A stretch of DNA of 59,588 nucleotides, the filler included. It is 6 parts of 6 records of this genome, joined end to end, with 100 filler letters (N's around TTAATTAATTAA, not from the genome) between each part and the next. Parts side by side here need not be neighbours in the genome. Positions count along the whole stretch, not along the records: positions 48,533 to 59,588 come from SRR2962707_3556; 5 more parts are not named here. One strand, given 5' to 3'. Position 1 is the first letter of the stretch. The number at the start of each line of letters is the position of its first letter. Of this stretch, positions 50,560 to 59,588 are shown in pieces. The position numbers were made by a program, and so were the translations under genes. The notes under the pieces were generated by a model, which saw only the letters and a list, made by a program, of their open reading frames with translations, was not told where the DNA came from and did no database searches.

Positions 50560-51957
50560 CTAAACTAGTTCTAATTCTTCAACTTCTTCGGTTACATCTA
50601 TTATTTTTCCTGCTATTGCAGTGGCAGCAGCTACTAACGGACTAGCTAAAATAGTACGTGCACCTTGCCCTTGTCTACCTTCAAAATTTCTATTGGAAGT
50701 AGATACGCAATATTCGCCCGCAGGAATTTTATCTTCATTCATTCCTAAACAAGCCGAGCATCCACTTTGGCGCATTTCAAAGCCTGCAGCTTCAAAAATA
50801 TCTTGAATTCCTTCTTCTTTTATTTGTTTGGCTACTTGTTGAGATCCTGGAACAATTAAGGCATTTACATTGGTTGCCTTTTGTTTTCCTTTAATGTATT
50901 CCGCAGCAATTCTAAAATCTTCAATTCTTGAGTTGGTGCAACTTCCTATAAAAACATAATTGATTTCTTTTCCTAAGAGCTTTTCTCCCTTTTTAAAGCC
51001 CATATAATCTAAGGATTTCTCAAAAGAAACATCGTCTTTACTCGGAATGGCTTCTGTTATTTTTATCCCCATTCCAGGGTTTGTTCCGTAAGTAACCATA
51101 GGTTCGATGTCTTCAGCATCAAAAGAATATTCTTTATCAAAGCTAGCATCTGCATCTGTAGGAAGCGTTTTCCAATAAGCTACTTTTTTATCAAATTCCT
51201 CTCCTTTAGGAGCAAATTCACGATCTTTTACATACTCAAAAGTAGTTTCGTCTGGAGCAATCATTCCGCCACGAGCTCCCATTTCAATACTCATATTACA
51301 AACCGTCATACGGCCTTCCATAGTCATGGCTTCAAAAACATCACCTGCATATTCTACAAAATATCCAGTACCAGAATTGGTACCTAGTTTTGCAATAATA
51401 TATAGAATAACATCTTTTGGTAAAACACCTTTTTTAACCTTTCCGTTTACGGTAATACGCATACTTTTTGGTTTCGAAAGTAATAAGCACTGACTCGCAA
51501 AAACTTGCGCTACTTGGCTTGTTCCAATTCCAAAAGCAATAGTACCAAAAGCTCCGTGAGTAGAGGTGTGGCTGTCTCCACAAACCATAGTCATTCCAGG
51601 TTGTGTAATTCCTAGTTCTGGAGCCATAACATGAACAATTCCTTGGTATGGGTGCCCTAAGCCGTAAAGGGTTACATCGTGTTTTTTACAGTTTTCTGTC
51701 AGCATTTCTACCTGTTTTTTAGACAAGAGGTCTTGAATAGGTAAATGTTGATCTTTTGTAGGTACATTATGGTCTGCTGTAGCTACAATTTGGTTTTTAC
51801 GGAATAGGGGAATATTACGCTCTTCAAGCTCATTAAAAGCTTGCGGACTCGTAACTTCATGGATTAAATGTTTATCAATATATAATACCTGAGGTCCATT
51901 TTCTACTGTATGAACCACATGGCTATCCCAAACTTTATCAAATAATGTTTTACTCAT
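50560..51957 (-). CDS. leuC: 3-isopropylmalate dehydratase large subunit
   Basis: [48 protein letters not shown]. Confidence 0.98.
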   Translation of the reverse strand: MSKTLFDKVWDSHVVHTVENGPQVLYIDKHLIHEVTSPQAFNELEERNIPLFRKNQIVATADHNVPTKDQHLPIQDLLSKKQVEMLTENCKKHDVTLYGLGHPYQGIVHVMAPELGITQPGMTMVCGDSHTSTHGAFGTIAFGIGTSQVAQVFASQCLLLSKPKSMRITVNGKVKKGVLPKDVILYIIAKLGTNSGTGYFVEYAGDVFEAMTMEGRMTVCNMSIEMGARGGMIAPDETTFEYVKDREFAPKGEEFDKKVAYWKTLPTDADASFDKEYSFDAEDIEPMVTYGTNPGMGIKITEAIPSKDDVSFEKSLDYMGFKKGEKLLGKEINYVFIGSCTNSRIEDFRIAAEYIKGKQKATNVNALIVPGSQQVAKQIKEEGIQDIFEAAGFEMRQSGCSACLGMNEDKIPAGEYCVSTSNRNFEGRQGQGARTILASPLVAAATAIAGKIIDVTEEVEELELV

Positions 51958-51962
51958 TATAA

Positions 51963-53135
51963 TTAAGCAATTGCTTTAATATCTATTTTACTGATTTCAA
52001 TAATTTGATGAATATCTTCATCTAAAACTTCTTTCTTTCTATCTGCAAAGGTTAAAAATTCTTGATAAACTTCGTCTAACTGAAGCTTTGTTAACTCATA
52101 ACCTACTTTTTTAGCTCTATATGCTAAAGCAGCACGACCACTACGGGCGGTTAAAACAATTGCAGATTCGGTAACGCCTACGTCTGCAGGATCTATAATT
52201 TCGTAGGTCTCTCTGTTTTTAATAACCCCATCTTGATGAATTCCAGAGCTGTGCGCAAAAGCATTAGCTCCTACAATGGCTTTATTTGGTTGTACAGGCA
52301 TTCCCATACTTTCAGAAACCATTTTACTGGTGCTGTAAAGGAGTTGTGAATTGATGTTGGTGTCTAAATTTAAATTCGGGTGTTGGCGTAAAACCATGAC
52401 GACTTCTTCTAAAGACGTATTTCCAGCACGTTCTCCAATTCCGTTGATGGTACATTCTATTTGTCGTGCTCCTCCAATAACTCCAGCAATAGAGTTTGCG
52501 GTAGCTAAACCAAGATCGTTATGACAGTGGCAAGAAAGAATTGCTTTGTGAATACCCGTAACGTTTTCTTTTAAATACCGCATTTTAGCCCCATATTCTT
52601 CAGGTAAGCAATATCCTGTAGTATCTGGAATATTTAATACGGTAGCTCCTGCTTTTACAACTGCCTCACAAACACGAGCTAAATATTCATTGTCGGTACG
52701 ACCAGCATCTTCAGCATAAAACTCAACATCTTCTACAAACGTCTTAGCATATTTTACAGCAGCAACAGCACGTTCAATAATCTCTTCACGAGTAGATTTG
52801 AATTTATATTTTATATGAGAATCTGATGTTCCAATTCCAGTGTGTATTCTAGGTCTTACAGCATGCTTTATTGCTTCTGCTGCTACTTCGATATCTTTTT
52901 TAACGGAACGTGTAAGACCACAAACCGTTGCATTTTTTACAATTTTAGAGATTTCAGCTACAGATGTAAAGTCTCCCGGACTAGAAATAGGGAAACCAGC
53001 TTCAATAACATCAACTCCCAGATCGTCAAGACGCTTTGCAATGACAAGCTTTTGTTCTGTGTTAAGCTTGCATCCAGGTACTTGTTCTCCGTCTCTTAAT
53101 GTCGTGTCAAAGATTTGAACTTTTTCTTTACTCAT
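51963..53135 (-). CDS. leuA: 2-isopropylmalate synthase, short form (390 aa)
   Basis: [39 protein letters not shown]; ends before the regulatory domain. Confidence 0.96.
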   Translation of the reverse strand: MSKEKVQIFDTTLRDGEQVPGCKLNTEQKLVIAKRLDDLGVDVIEAGFPISSPGDFTSVAEISKIVKNATVCGLTRSVKKDIEVAAEAIKHAVRPRIHTGIGTSDSHIKYKFKSTREEIIERAVAAVKYAKTFVEDVEFYAEDAGRTDNEYLARVCEAVVKAGATVLNIPDTTGYCLPEEYGAKMRYLKENVTGIHKAILSCHCHNDLGLATANSIAGVIGGARQIECTINGIGERAGNTSLEEVVMVLRQHPNLNLDTNINSQLLYSTSKMVSESMGMPVQPNKAIVGANAFAHSSGIHQDGVIKNRETYEIIDPADVGVTESAIVLTARSGRAALAYRAKKVGYELTKLQLDEVYQEFLTFADRKKEVLDEDIHQIIEISKIDIKAIA

Positions 53136-53183
53136 CTTGATTTTTTAATGTAATTTGAAATTTGTTATACGAATTTATATTTT

Positions 53184-53233
53184 GTGAACGTAATTTTAAG
53201 TTCACTTAACCATTTCTTTACAATGCTTAAGTG
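53184..53233. promoter_or_regulatory. Two overlapping inverted repeats in the divergent leuA / 514-aa ORF spacer
   Basis: GTGAAC-N10-GTTCAC (53184-53205) and CACTTAACCATT-N7-AATGCTTAAGTG (53203-53233, one mismatch). Confidence 0.45.
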
Positions 53234-53288
53234 TTCTTTTATATAGTTAAATAATTGATATTCAGTTAATTGAATTTTTATTTTTACA

Positions 53289-54833
53289 ATGACAAGTCAA
53301 CAAAAAGACACATTATTTATACTGGTTAAATCTCTTTCTAAATCTGAAAAGAGACAATTTAAGCTTTATGTGAATAGGTTAGGGGTAAATGCAGATGCAA
53401 AATTTTTAGCTTTATTTAATCTTTTGGATAAGATGCATGATTATAAAGAGGCTGAAATTTTAAAAAGTGGAATTGTTAAAAAACAACAACTCTCCAATTT
53501 AAAGGCACATCTTTATAAGCAAATTCTGGTAAGCTTACGTTTAAATCCCGTAAATCAAAATATACGACTTCAAATTAGGGAGCAACTTGACTTTGCAACT
53601 ATTTTGTACCATAAAGGATTGTATAAACAAAGCTTAAAAATTTTGGATAAGGCCAAGTCTTTGGCTATAGAAAATCAAGAAAAAGTAGTTGCCTATGAAA
53701 TTGTAGAACTAGAAAAAGTTATAGAAACACAATACATTACTAGAAGTATAAGTGGGCGTGCCGACGAATTAGCAATTCAAGCTAAGGAATTGAGTATGCA
53801 AAATGTATTGACAAGTAAACTTTCTAATCTATCGCTTCAATTATATGGAATTATGTTGAAGTTTGGGTATGTAAAAAGTGATGAAGAATATAAATGGGTT
53901 ACAGAATACTACAAATCTCACTTACCTACTTTTAAAGTTTCAGAATTAGATTTTAGAGAAAAATTATGGTTGTATAAAGCGCAACTATGGTATAGTTTTT
54001 TAATTCAGGACTTTTTATCGTGTTATAAATATTCGTTGCGTTGGGTAGAACTTTTCTATGAAAACGAACAAATGATTTATTTAAATCCTGTATTCTTTTT
54101 AAAAGGAAATAATTACTTGTTAGAATCGATGTTTTATGTAAAAAATCGTCGTGGATTTAGGGAAGCATTACAGAAATTAGAACATATCGTTACGGATGAT
54201 AAGTTTCCGAAGAATGATAATTTAGAGGTTTTAATTTTTCATTATAAATATAGTAGCAAAATTAATCTTCATTTTCTAGAAGGTACTTTTGAAGAAGGAT
54301 TGCATTTAGAAAAGGAAATTATAGATGGAATAAAATTACACAGCGATAAATTAGACGAACACCATATTATGGTTCTCTACTATAAAATTGCGTGTTTGTA
54401 TTTTGGGGTTGGCAATAATAAAAAGTGTATCTCTTATCTGAAAAAAATAATAGATAATAAAAACCTTACCATGCGTGAAGATTTAATGTGCTTTGCTCGT
54501 GTATTGAGTTTGGTTGCGCATTATGAAGCTGGTATGGATTACCATTTGGAAGTTCAATTAAAAAGCACCTATAAATTTTTATTAAAAATGAATGATCTCC
54601 ATGAGGTGCAAAAGGAAATGATTAAGTTTCTTAGAAATTTAGGAGAAATCTTTCCTAGTCAGTTAAAAGATGAATTTAAAAAACTGCATGCAACTTTAAA
54701 GAAATATGAAAATCACCCGTATGAAAAACGTGCCTTTTTATATTTAGATATTATCTCATGGCTAGAAAGTAATATTCAAAACCGACCAGTAGGGGAGATT
54801 ATTAAAGAGAAAGCTAAAGAATTAGTTCGTTAG
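53289..54833 (+). CDS. Uncharacterised 514-aa alpha-helical cytoplasmic protein
   Basis: Long ORF with no signal peptide; basic N-terminus LF.LVKSLSKSEKRQFKLY; helical-repeat-like body; ends YLDIISWLES. Confidence 0.85.
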   Translation: MTSQQKDTLFILVKSLSKSEKRQFKLYVNRLGVNADAKFLALFNLLDKMHDYKEAEILKSGIVKKQQLSNLKAHLYKQILVSLRLNPVNQNIRLQIREQLDFATILYHKGLYKQSLKILDKAKSLAIENQEKVVAYEIVELEKVIETQYITRSISGRADELAIQAKELSMQNVLTSKLSNLSLQLYGIMLKFGYVKSDEEYKWVTEYYKSHLPTFKVSELDFREKLWLYKAQLWYSFLIQDFLSCYKYSLRWVELFYENEQMIYLNPVFFLKGNNYLLESMFYVKNRRGFREALQKLEHIVTDDKFPKNDNLEVLIFHYKYSSKINLHFLEGTFEEGLHLEKEIIDGIKLHSDKLDEHHIMVLYYKIACLYFGVGNNKKCISYLKKIIDNKNLTMREDLMCFARVLSLVAHYEAGMDYHLEVQLKSTYKFLLKMNDLHEVQKEMIKFLRNLGEIFPSQLKDEFKKLHATLKKYENHPYEKRAFLYLDIISWLESNIQNRPVGEIIKEKAKELVR

Positions 54834-54835
54834 TT

Positions 54836-55720
54836 TTGGAAGAAAAAAATCATTTTAAACATATTCTAGAACTAAATTTAGCGGTACTTTTAATTAGTAC
54901 TTCTGGAGTTTTAGGACGTTATATAGCCCTGCCAGCAGAACAGATTATTTTATTTAGAGCAATTTTGGCTGTTGGTTTTATTTACCTTTTTTGTAGGTAC
55001 AAAAAGTTTAATTTAAAAATAAATGCTAAACAAGATTTAAAAATTGTATTACTCTGTGGTGTTTTTTTTGGGATTCATTGGGTAACCTATTTTTATGCTT
55101 TACAACTTTCTAGTGTAGCAATTGGAATGCTCTCTATTTATACCTACCCTGTAATTACTTCTTTTCTAGAACCGATTATTTTAAAAAGTCGTTTTCAAAA
55201 ATCGCATTTAGCATTAGCAGTTTTAGTGCTTACAGGGGTTTACTTTTTAGTGCCAGAAGTAAGCTTTAAAAATCAACATTTTATAGCGGTTTTATTTGGA
55301 GTAACCTCTGCATTTTTTTATGCGCTCCGCAATATCCTCATGAAACCAAAAGTGGCCACTTATAACGGCTCTGTTTTGATGTTATATCAGCTTTGTGTAA
55401 TAGTTGTTTTAATGAGTCCACTATTGTTTAATGCTAATTTTCTTCAGGTAAAATCTCAAATACTTCCTATAGCATTTTTAGCTTTGGTAACAACTACAAT
55501 TGGACATACGTTATTGCTAATGAGTTTTAAATACTTTAGCGCTACCACAGCAAGTATTATGAGCAGTGTACAGCCCATTTACGGAATTTTAATGGGAATG
55601 TTGTTTTTAGGAGAATTCCCTGCATGGCACACTATTATTGGAGGCGCTTTAATATTAAGTGCTGTTTTTATTGAAAGCATCCGCACGGTAAAAGCTTCTA
55701 AAAAAGCGATAGAAAAATAA
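54836..55720 (+). CDS. DMT/EamA-family transporter
   Basis: About ten TM segments in two repeats; HWVTYF.ALQ.SSVAIG, QPIYGI..G.LFLGE.P, IIGGALIL. Confidence 0.92.
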   Translation: MEEKNHFKHILELNLAVLLISTSGVLGRYIALPAEQIILFRAILAVGFIYLFCRYKKFNLKINAKQDLKIVLLCGVFFGIHWVTYFYALQLSSVAIGMLSIYTYPVITSFLEPIILKSRFQKSHLALAVLVLTGVYFLVPEVSFKNQHFIAVLFGVTSAFFYALRNILMKPKVATYNGSVLMLYQLCVIVVLMSPLLFNANFLQVKSQILPIAFLALVTTTIGHTLLLMSFKYFSATTASIMSSVQPIYGILMGMLFLGEFPAWHTIIGGALILSAVFIESIRTVKASKKAIEK

Positions 55721-55729
55721 ATAAGAATA

Positions 55730-56545
55730 CTAATTCTTAGCCTTCAACTCATTTATAATATCAAAATGACTGAAAATTAAATGCTTTGGAAGTTTGTTGT
55801 CTTTAGGAAGCACCGCCAAAAACCTATCAAAATTTGAGGTATATACATTTTTAAGTAATGGTTTTTCATATCCTAAAGTATCGAGAATTTCTTTAATAAA
55901 CTCATCATGATGAATTAGGTCTGAGCTTCCCAAATGGTAAATTCCTTTTCGGTTTCTATTAACAATATAGTGGATTTGTTGGGAGAGTTTATCTGCATTG
56001 GTAACATTCATTACCAAATCTGGAAAAACTTCGTAGGCATCGTTTTTATCAATAAAATACCTGAGTTCTTTCATCCGCGGGGAGCTACTTCCAAAGACCA
56101 TTGGTAATCTTGCAATTACATAATTTTTCTCTGGAAGTTGCATCAACGCAGTTTCTATTTTTATTTTAAACTTCCCATAGGTACTCATAGACAAAGTCTT
56201 GTCGTACTCATAAGAAGGGAAATTACTAAAAGCATCAAAAACATTGGCAGAAGATAAAAATATAAGCTTACTGTTGCTAGCCCGACAATAATCTACCAAA
56301 TCGAGATGTGTATCTATTTGAGCTTCAAAATTTCCACGTAGCGCCGAGATAATAATTGTTGGTCGCACTTGGGTTAAAATCTCAAACAAATCATCGTTTT
56401 CCATATCAAAATGAAAAAAATGCTTGTTATTAGAATAGATTTTTCCTGTATGGTAGGTGCCATAGGTATCAAAGTAAGGACAGAGTTCTTTGTAAAGTGT
56501 CCCTCCAATAAATCCGCTTGCTCCTAAAATTAATATCCTTTTCAA
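55730..56545 (-). CDS. RmlD-like extended SDR (sugar-nucleotide-binding)
   Basis: ILGASGFIG, FLSSANVF, YGKFK, GIYHLG. Confidence 0.85.
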   Translation of the reverse strand: MKRILILGASGFIGGTLYKELCPYFDTYGTYHTGKIYSNNKHFFHFDMENDDLFEILTQVRPTIIISALRGNFEAQIDTHLDLVDYCRASNSKLIFLSSANVFDAFSNFPSYEYDKTLSMSTYGKFKIKIETALMQLPEKNYVIARLPMVFGSSSPRMKELRYFIDKNDAYEVFPDLVMNVTNADKLSQQIHYIVNRNRKGIYHLGSSDLIHHDEFIKEILDTLGYEKPLLKNVYTSNFDRFLAVLPKDNKLPKHLIFSHFDIINELKAKN

Positions 56546-56682
56546 TAAACGTTACCTTTTTGTATTTAAGAGTGTTTGTATAGGCTCTTTCTTAAATAAA
56601 TTTACTCTATAATCGAGCTTTATGTGCTCAGGCACTTGCGTTTAGATTTTTTGTTCTTTCCAGCAATGTCTTGAGCACTAAT

Positions 56683-57768
56683 TTATTTTTTATAAAACGG
56701 AAGCTTTACTACTTTAGCTTCTACTTTTTTCTTTCTTATTTGTAAGTAAATTGTAGTTCCAACTTCAGCATTTTCTGTAGTTACATATCCCATACCAATT
56801 CCTTTGTTTAAAGAAGGAGCCATAGTTCCGCTAGTAACTTTTCCGATAACTTCCTCATTGGTATTTAAAATCTCATAATCGTGTCTTGGAATTCCACGTT
56901 CAATCATTTCAAAACCAACTAATTTTTTGGTTACCCCAGTTTCTTTTTGTCGTTTTAAAGCCTCAGAGTTTACAAAATCTTTAGAGAACTTTGTTATCCA
57001 CCCTAAACCTGCTTCAAGCGGAGAAGTAGTGTCGTCAATATCATTTCCGTAAAGACAATACCCCATTTCCAATCTAAGAGTGTCTCTAGCAGCAAGTCCA
57101 ATAGGTTTTATACCGTGGTTTTTTCCTGCTTCTAAAACCTTATTCCAAACCTGCTCAACATCAGTATTTTTACAATAAATTTCAAATCCACCACTTCCAG
57201 TATATCCAGTAGCAGAAATAATAACATGCTCAATCCCTGCAAATTCCCCCACTTCAAAATTGTAAAATTTAATAGCGGAAAGATCAATAGGGGTTATCGT
57301 CTGCATGGCTTCTACAGCTTTAGGACCTTGAATAGCTAAAAGCGAATAATCGTCAGAAATATTGCGCATTTCTGCTCCAATAGTATCATTATATTTAGAA
57401 ATCCAGTTCCAATCTTTTTCAATATTAGAAGCATTAACCACTAAAAGGTATTGCTCCTCTTTCATTTGGTAGATAATCAAATCGTCTACAATTCCGCCAT
57501 TTTCATTCGGTAAACAAGAATACTGTGCTTTTCCAATAGTTAATTTGGAAGCATCATTACTACTCACTTTTTGAATTAGCGCTAAAGCATTCGGGCCACT
57601 AATCAAGAATTCTCCCATGTGGCTAACGTCAAAAACACCTAAATGTTCTCTAACCGTTTCATGCTCAATATTCACCCCTTCGTATTGTACTGGCATGTTA
57701 TAGCCAGCAAAAGGAACCATTTTTGCCCCTAATTCAATATGGATATCAGTTAATGCTGTATTCTTCAT
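56683..57768 (-). CDS. gcvT: Glycine cleavage system aminomethyltransferase T
   Basis: [46 protein letters not shown]. Start at ATG 57768; -7 box TAATTTTG at 57811-57818. Confidence 0.98.
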   Translation of the reverse strand: MKNTALTDIHIELGAKMVPFAGYNMPVQYEGVNIEHETVREHLGVFDVSHMGEFLISGPNALALIQKVSSNDASKLTIGKAQYSCLPNENGGIVDDLIIYQMKEEQYLLVVNASNIEKDWNWISKYNDTIGAEMRNISDDYSLLAIQGPKAVEAMQTITPIDLSAIKFYNFEVGEFAGIEHVIISATGYTGSGGFEIYCKNTDVEQVWNKVLEAGKNHGIKPIGLAARDTLRLEMGYCLYGNDIDDTTSPLEAGLGWITKFSKDFVNSEALKRQKETGVTKKLVGFEMIERGIPRHDYEILNTNEEVIGKVTSGTMAPSLNKGIGMGYVTTENAEVGTTIYLQIRKKKVEAKVVKLPFYKK

Positions 57769-57945
57769 TTTTGTATATTTAAAACTTATTGTACCTACTA
57801 TTTGGCGCTGCAAAATTATTTAAAATAATCTCAGGAATAAAACAAACTTGCGCTAATAAGTTAAAAGTTGGAAAGTTTGTAAAGTTGAAAGATTTCAACG
57901 TAAGACTATAACTGTATAACAGCGTAACTTTTTTAAAATCGAAAC

Positions 57946-59025
57946 ATGGAAAACAAAAAAATAAAAATATTAGTAGTAGGCTGTGGAAACATGGGAGCTT
58001 CTCATGCTAAAGCCTATCATCAAATGGAGAGTGAAGTAGAAATTTGTGGCTTAGTTTCAACAGGAAAAAGTAAAGAGGTTCTAAATGCTGAATTAGAAAA
58101 TAAATATAAATTATTTACCGATTATTATGAAGCATTAGAAGCAACAAAACCCGATGCGGTTTGTATTTCCACTTACCCAGATACACATGAAGCATATAGT
58201 ATTGCGGCCTTAGAAAATGGGTGTCATGTATTTTTAGAAAAGCCAATTGCCAGTACTGCAGAAGGAGCCGAAAGGGTAGTGGCCGTAGCTAATAAAGTAA
58301 ATAAAAAAGTAGTAGTAGGTTATATTTTGAGACACCATCCTTCTTGGCAGAAATTTATAGAACTAGCACAGAATATGGGGAAACCTTTGGTTATGCGGAT
58401 GAATTTGAATCAGCAGAGTCATGGTTATATGTGGAATGTACATAGAAATCTGATGAAAAGTCTGAGCCCTATTGTAGATTGTGCCGTACATTATATTGAT
58501 GTAATGTGCCAAATGACAAACGCCAAACCTGTGCAAGTGAGTGCTATTGGGGTTAGATTAACGGATGATATTCCTACAAATAACTATAACTACGGACAAT
58601 TACAGATTCGTTTTGATGATGGTTCTGTGGGCTGGTATGAAGCTGGTTGGGGACCTATGGTTAGCGATACCGCTTTTTTTATAAAAGATATTTTTGGACC
58701 CAAAGGGAGTGTTTCCATCGTAGCAAATAAAGCAAGCGCAGAGGGAGCTTCCGACCATATTGATAGTCATACAAAAACCGAAAGTTTGAAAGTGCATTAT
58801 GCGGATATTGATGCTGAAAATGAATTTACAAAGCCAGATGAGTTTATCAATCTACAAGACGAACCAGATCATCAAGAGTTATGTAATAGAGAGCAGCGTT
58901 TTTTTATAGATGCTATTAAAAATAACAATGATTTGGCAAGTCATTTGGAAGATGCAGTTAATAGTTTAAAAGTAGCTTTGGCTTGTGATGAATCTGTTAA
59001 AACGGGAGAAGTGGTTAGATTGTAG
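57946..59025 (+). CDS. Gfo/Idh/MocA-family oxidoreductase
   Basis: VVGCGNMG..H, HVFLEKP, DCAVHYID. Confidence 0.93.
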   Translation: MENKKIKILVVGCGNMGASHAKAYHQMESEVEICGLVSTGKSKEVLNAELENKYKLFTDYYEALEATKPDAVCISTYPDTHEAYSIAALENGCHVFLEKPIASTAEGAERVVAVANKVNKKVVVGYILRHHPSWQKFIELAQNMGKPLVMRMNLNQQSHGYMWNVHRNLMKSLSPIVDCAVHYIDVMCQMTNAKPVQVSAIGVRLTDDIPTNNYNYGQLQIRFDDGSVGWYEAGWGPMVSDTAFFIKDIFGPKGSVSIVANKASAEGASDHIDSHTKTESLKVHYADIDAENEFTKPDEFINLQDEPDHQELCNREQRFFIDAIKNNNDLASHLEDAVNSLKVALACDESVKTGEVVRL

Positions 59026-59055
59026 TGAAGTAGTGTTAATCTATGAATCCGAGAT

Positions 59056-59466
59056 ATGGCAACAATAGAACAATTTTTAGAGTCAAAAGATATCCGTATT
59101 ACTGCAATGCGTTTACTAATTTATAAGTTTTTAGCTTCAAAGGAAGTAGCAGTAACATTAAGCGATATTCAAAATGCTTTTGATAAGGCAGATAGAACAA
59201 CTTTATATAGAACCTTAAAAACATTTGAAGAAAAAGACGTTGTACACCAAATAGATGATGGTACAGGAATTACAAAGTATGCACTTTGCGAAGAAGGCTG
59301 TAATTGTGAAATAGGAACCGATTTACATTTACATTTTCATTGTAATAATTGTAATGAAACTATTTGTTTAACGCAACATAAAATACCACAAATAAAAGTC
59401 CCTAAAGGTTTTGTTTCAGAAGATGTAAACCTTGTTGTAAAAGGTATTTGCGATAAGTGTAGCTAA
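59056..59466 (+). CDS. Fur-family metal-responsive regulator
   Basis: RITAMR, DRTTLYRTL.TF, HLHFHCNNC, C-terminal CDKC. Confidence 0.93.
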   Translation: MATIEQFLESKDIRITAMRLLIYKFLASKEVAVTLSDIQNAFDKADRTTLYRTLKTFEEKDVVHQIDDGTGITKYALCEEGCNCEIGTDLHLHFHCNNCNETICLTQHKIPQIKVPKGFVSEDVNLVVKGICDKCS

Positions 59467-59519
59467 CAATAAATGCACTTCCATTGCATCTTATTTTCCC
59501 ATAGTTTTACAAAATATTT

Positions 59520-59588
59520 AATCCCTCATTGAAGGTTTAATTCCTAGATGTTTTATGCCGAAATGGATTAAATCCCTCATTGAGGGTT
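59520..59588. repeat. Direct repeat of a palindromic 18-mer (REP-like), cut by the window end
   Basis: AATCCCTCATTGA(A/G)GGTT at 59520-59537 and 59571-59588; core CCCTCA-T-TGAGGG. Confidence 0.6.

Overview
This window is not one genome. It contains six unrelated contigs joined by five artificial 100-bp linkers (44 N + TTAATTAATTAA + 44 N). A (1-6927): Rhodobacteraceae-like ffh' - five tandem RimJ/RimL-type GNATs - chorismate mutase - rpsP - 47-aa small gene - rimM - inserted membrane protein - trmD - rplS'. B (7028-16793): eukaryotic (protist-like) DNA with a giant spliced coiled-coil gene. C (16894-23204): eukaryotic DNA with a spliced (GPPPRG)n-C2-EF-hand gene and a convergent spliced coiled-coil gene. 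D (23305-38261): Cytophagales-like housekeeping region (ftsK', AraC + truncated amidohydrolase, pyrD, xerD, aroQ, calerythrin-like EF-hand protein, ArsR-SRPBCC-DUF1059, PqqB-like MBL, TPR, marC, rnhA, saccharopine dehydrogenase, SDR, porT). E (38362-48432): part of a Bacteroidetes xylan-type polysaccharide utilisation locus, bounded by two inverted GH43 paralogues whose visible ends share an identical 30-mer. F (48533-59588): Flavobacteriaceae-like leuACDB, a divergent uncharacterised 514-aa protein, EamA, RmlD-like protein, gcvT, an oxidoreductase and a Fur-family regulator. Best leads: the possibly invertible GH43-bounded segment, the five-GNAT array in the ffh-rpsP operon, and the 514-aa candidate regulator facing a LeuA that lacks its regulatory domain. 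None is proven from sequence alone. Family and taxon calls come from motif recognition, not database searches.
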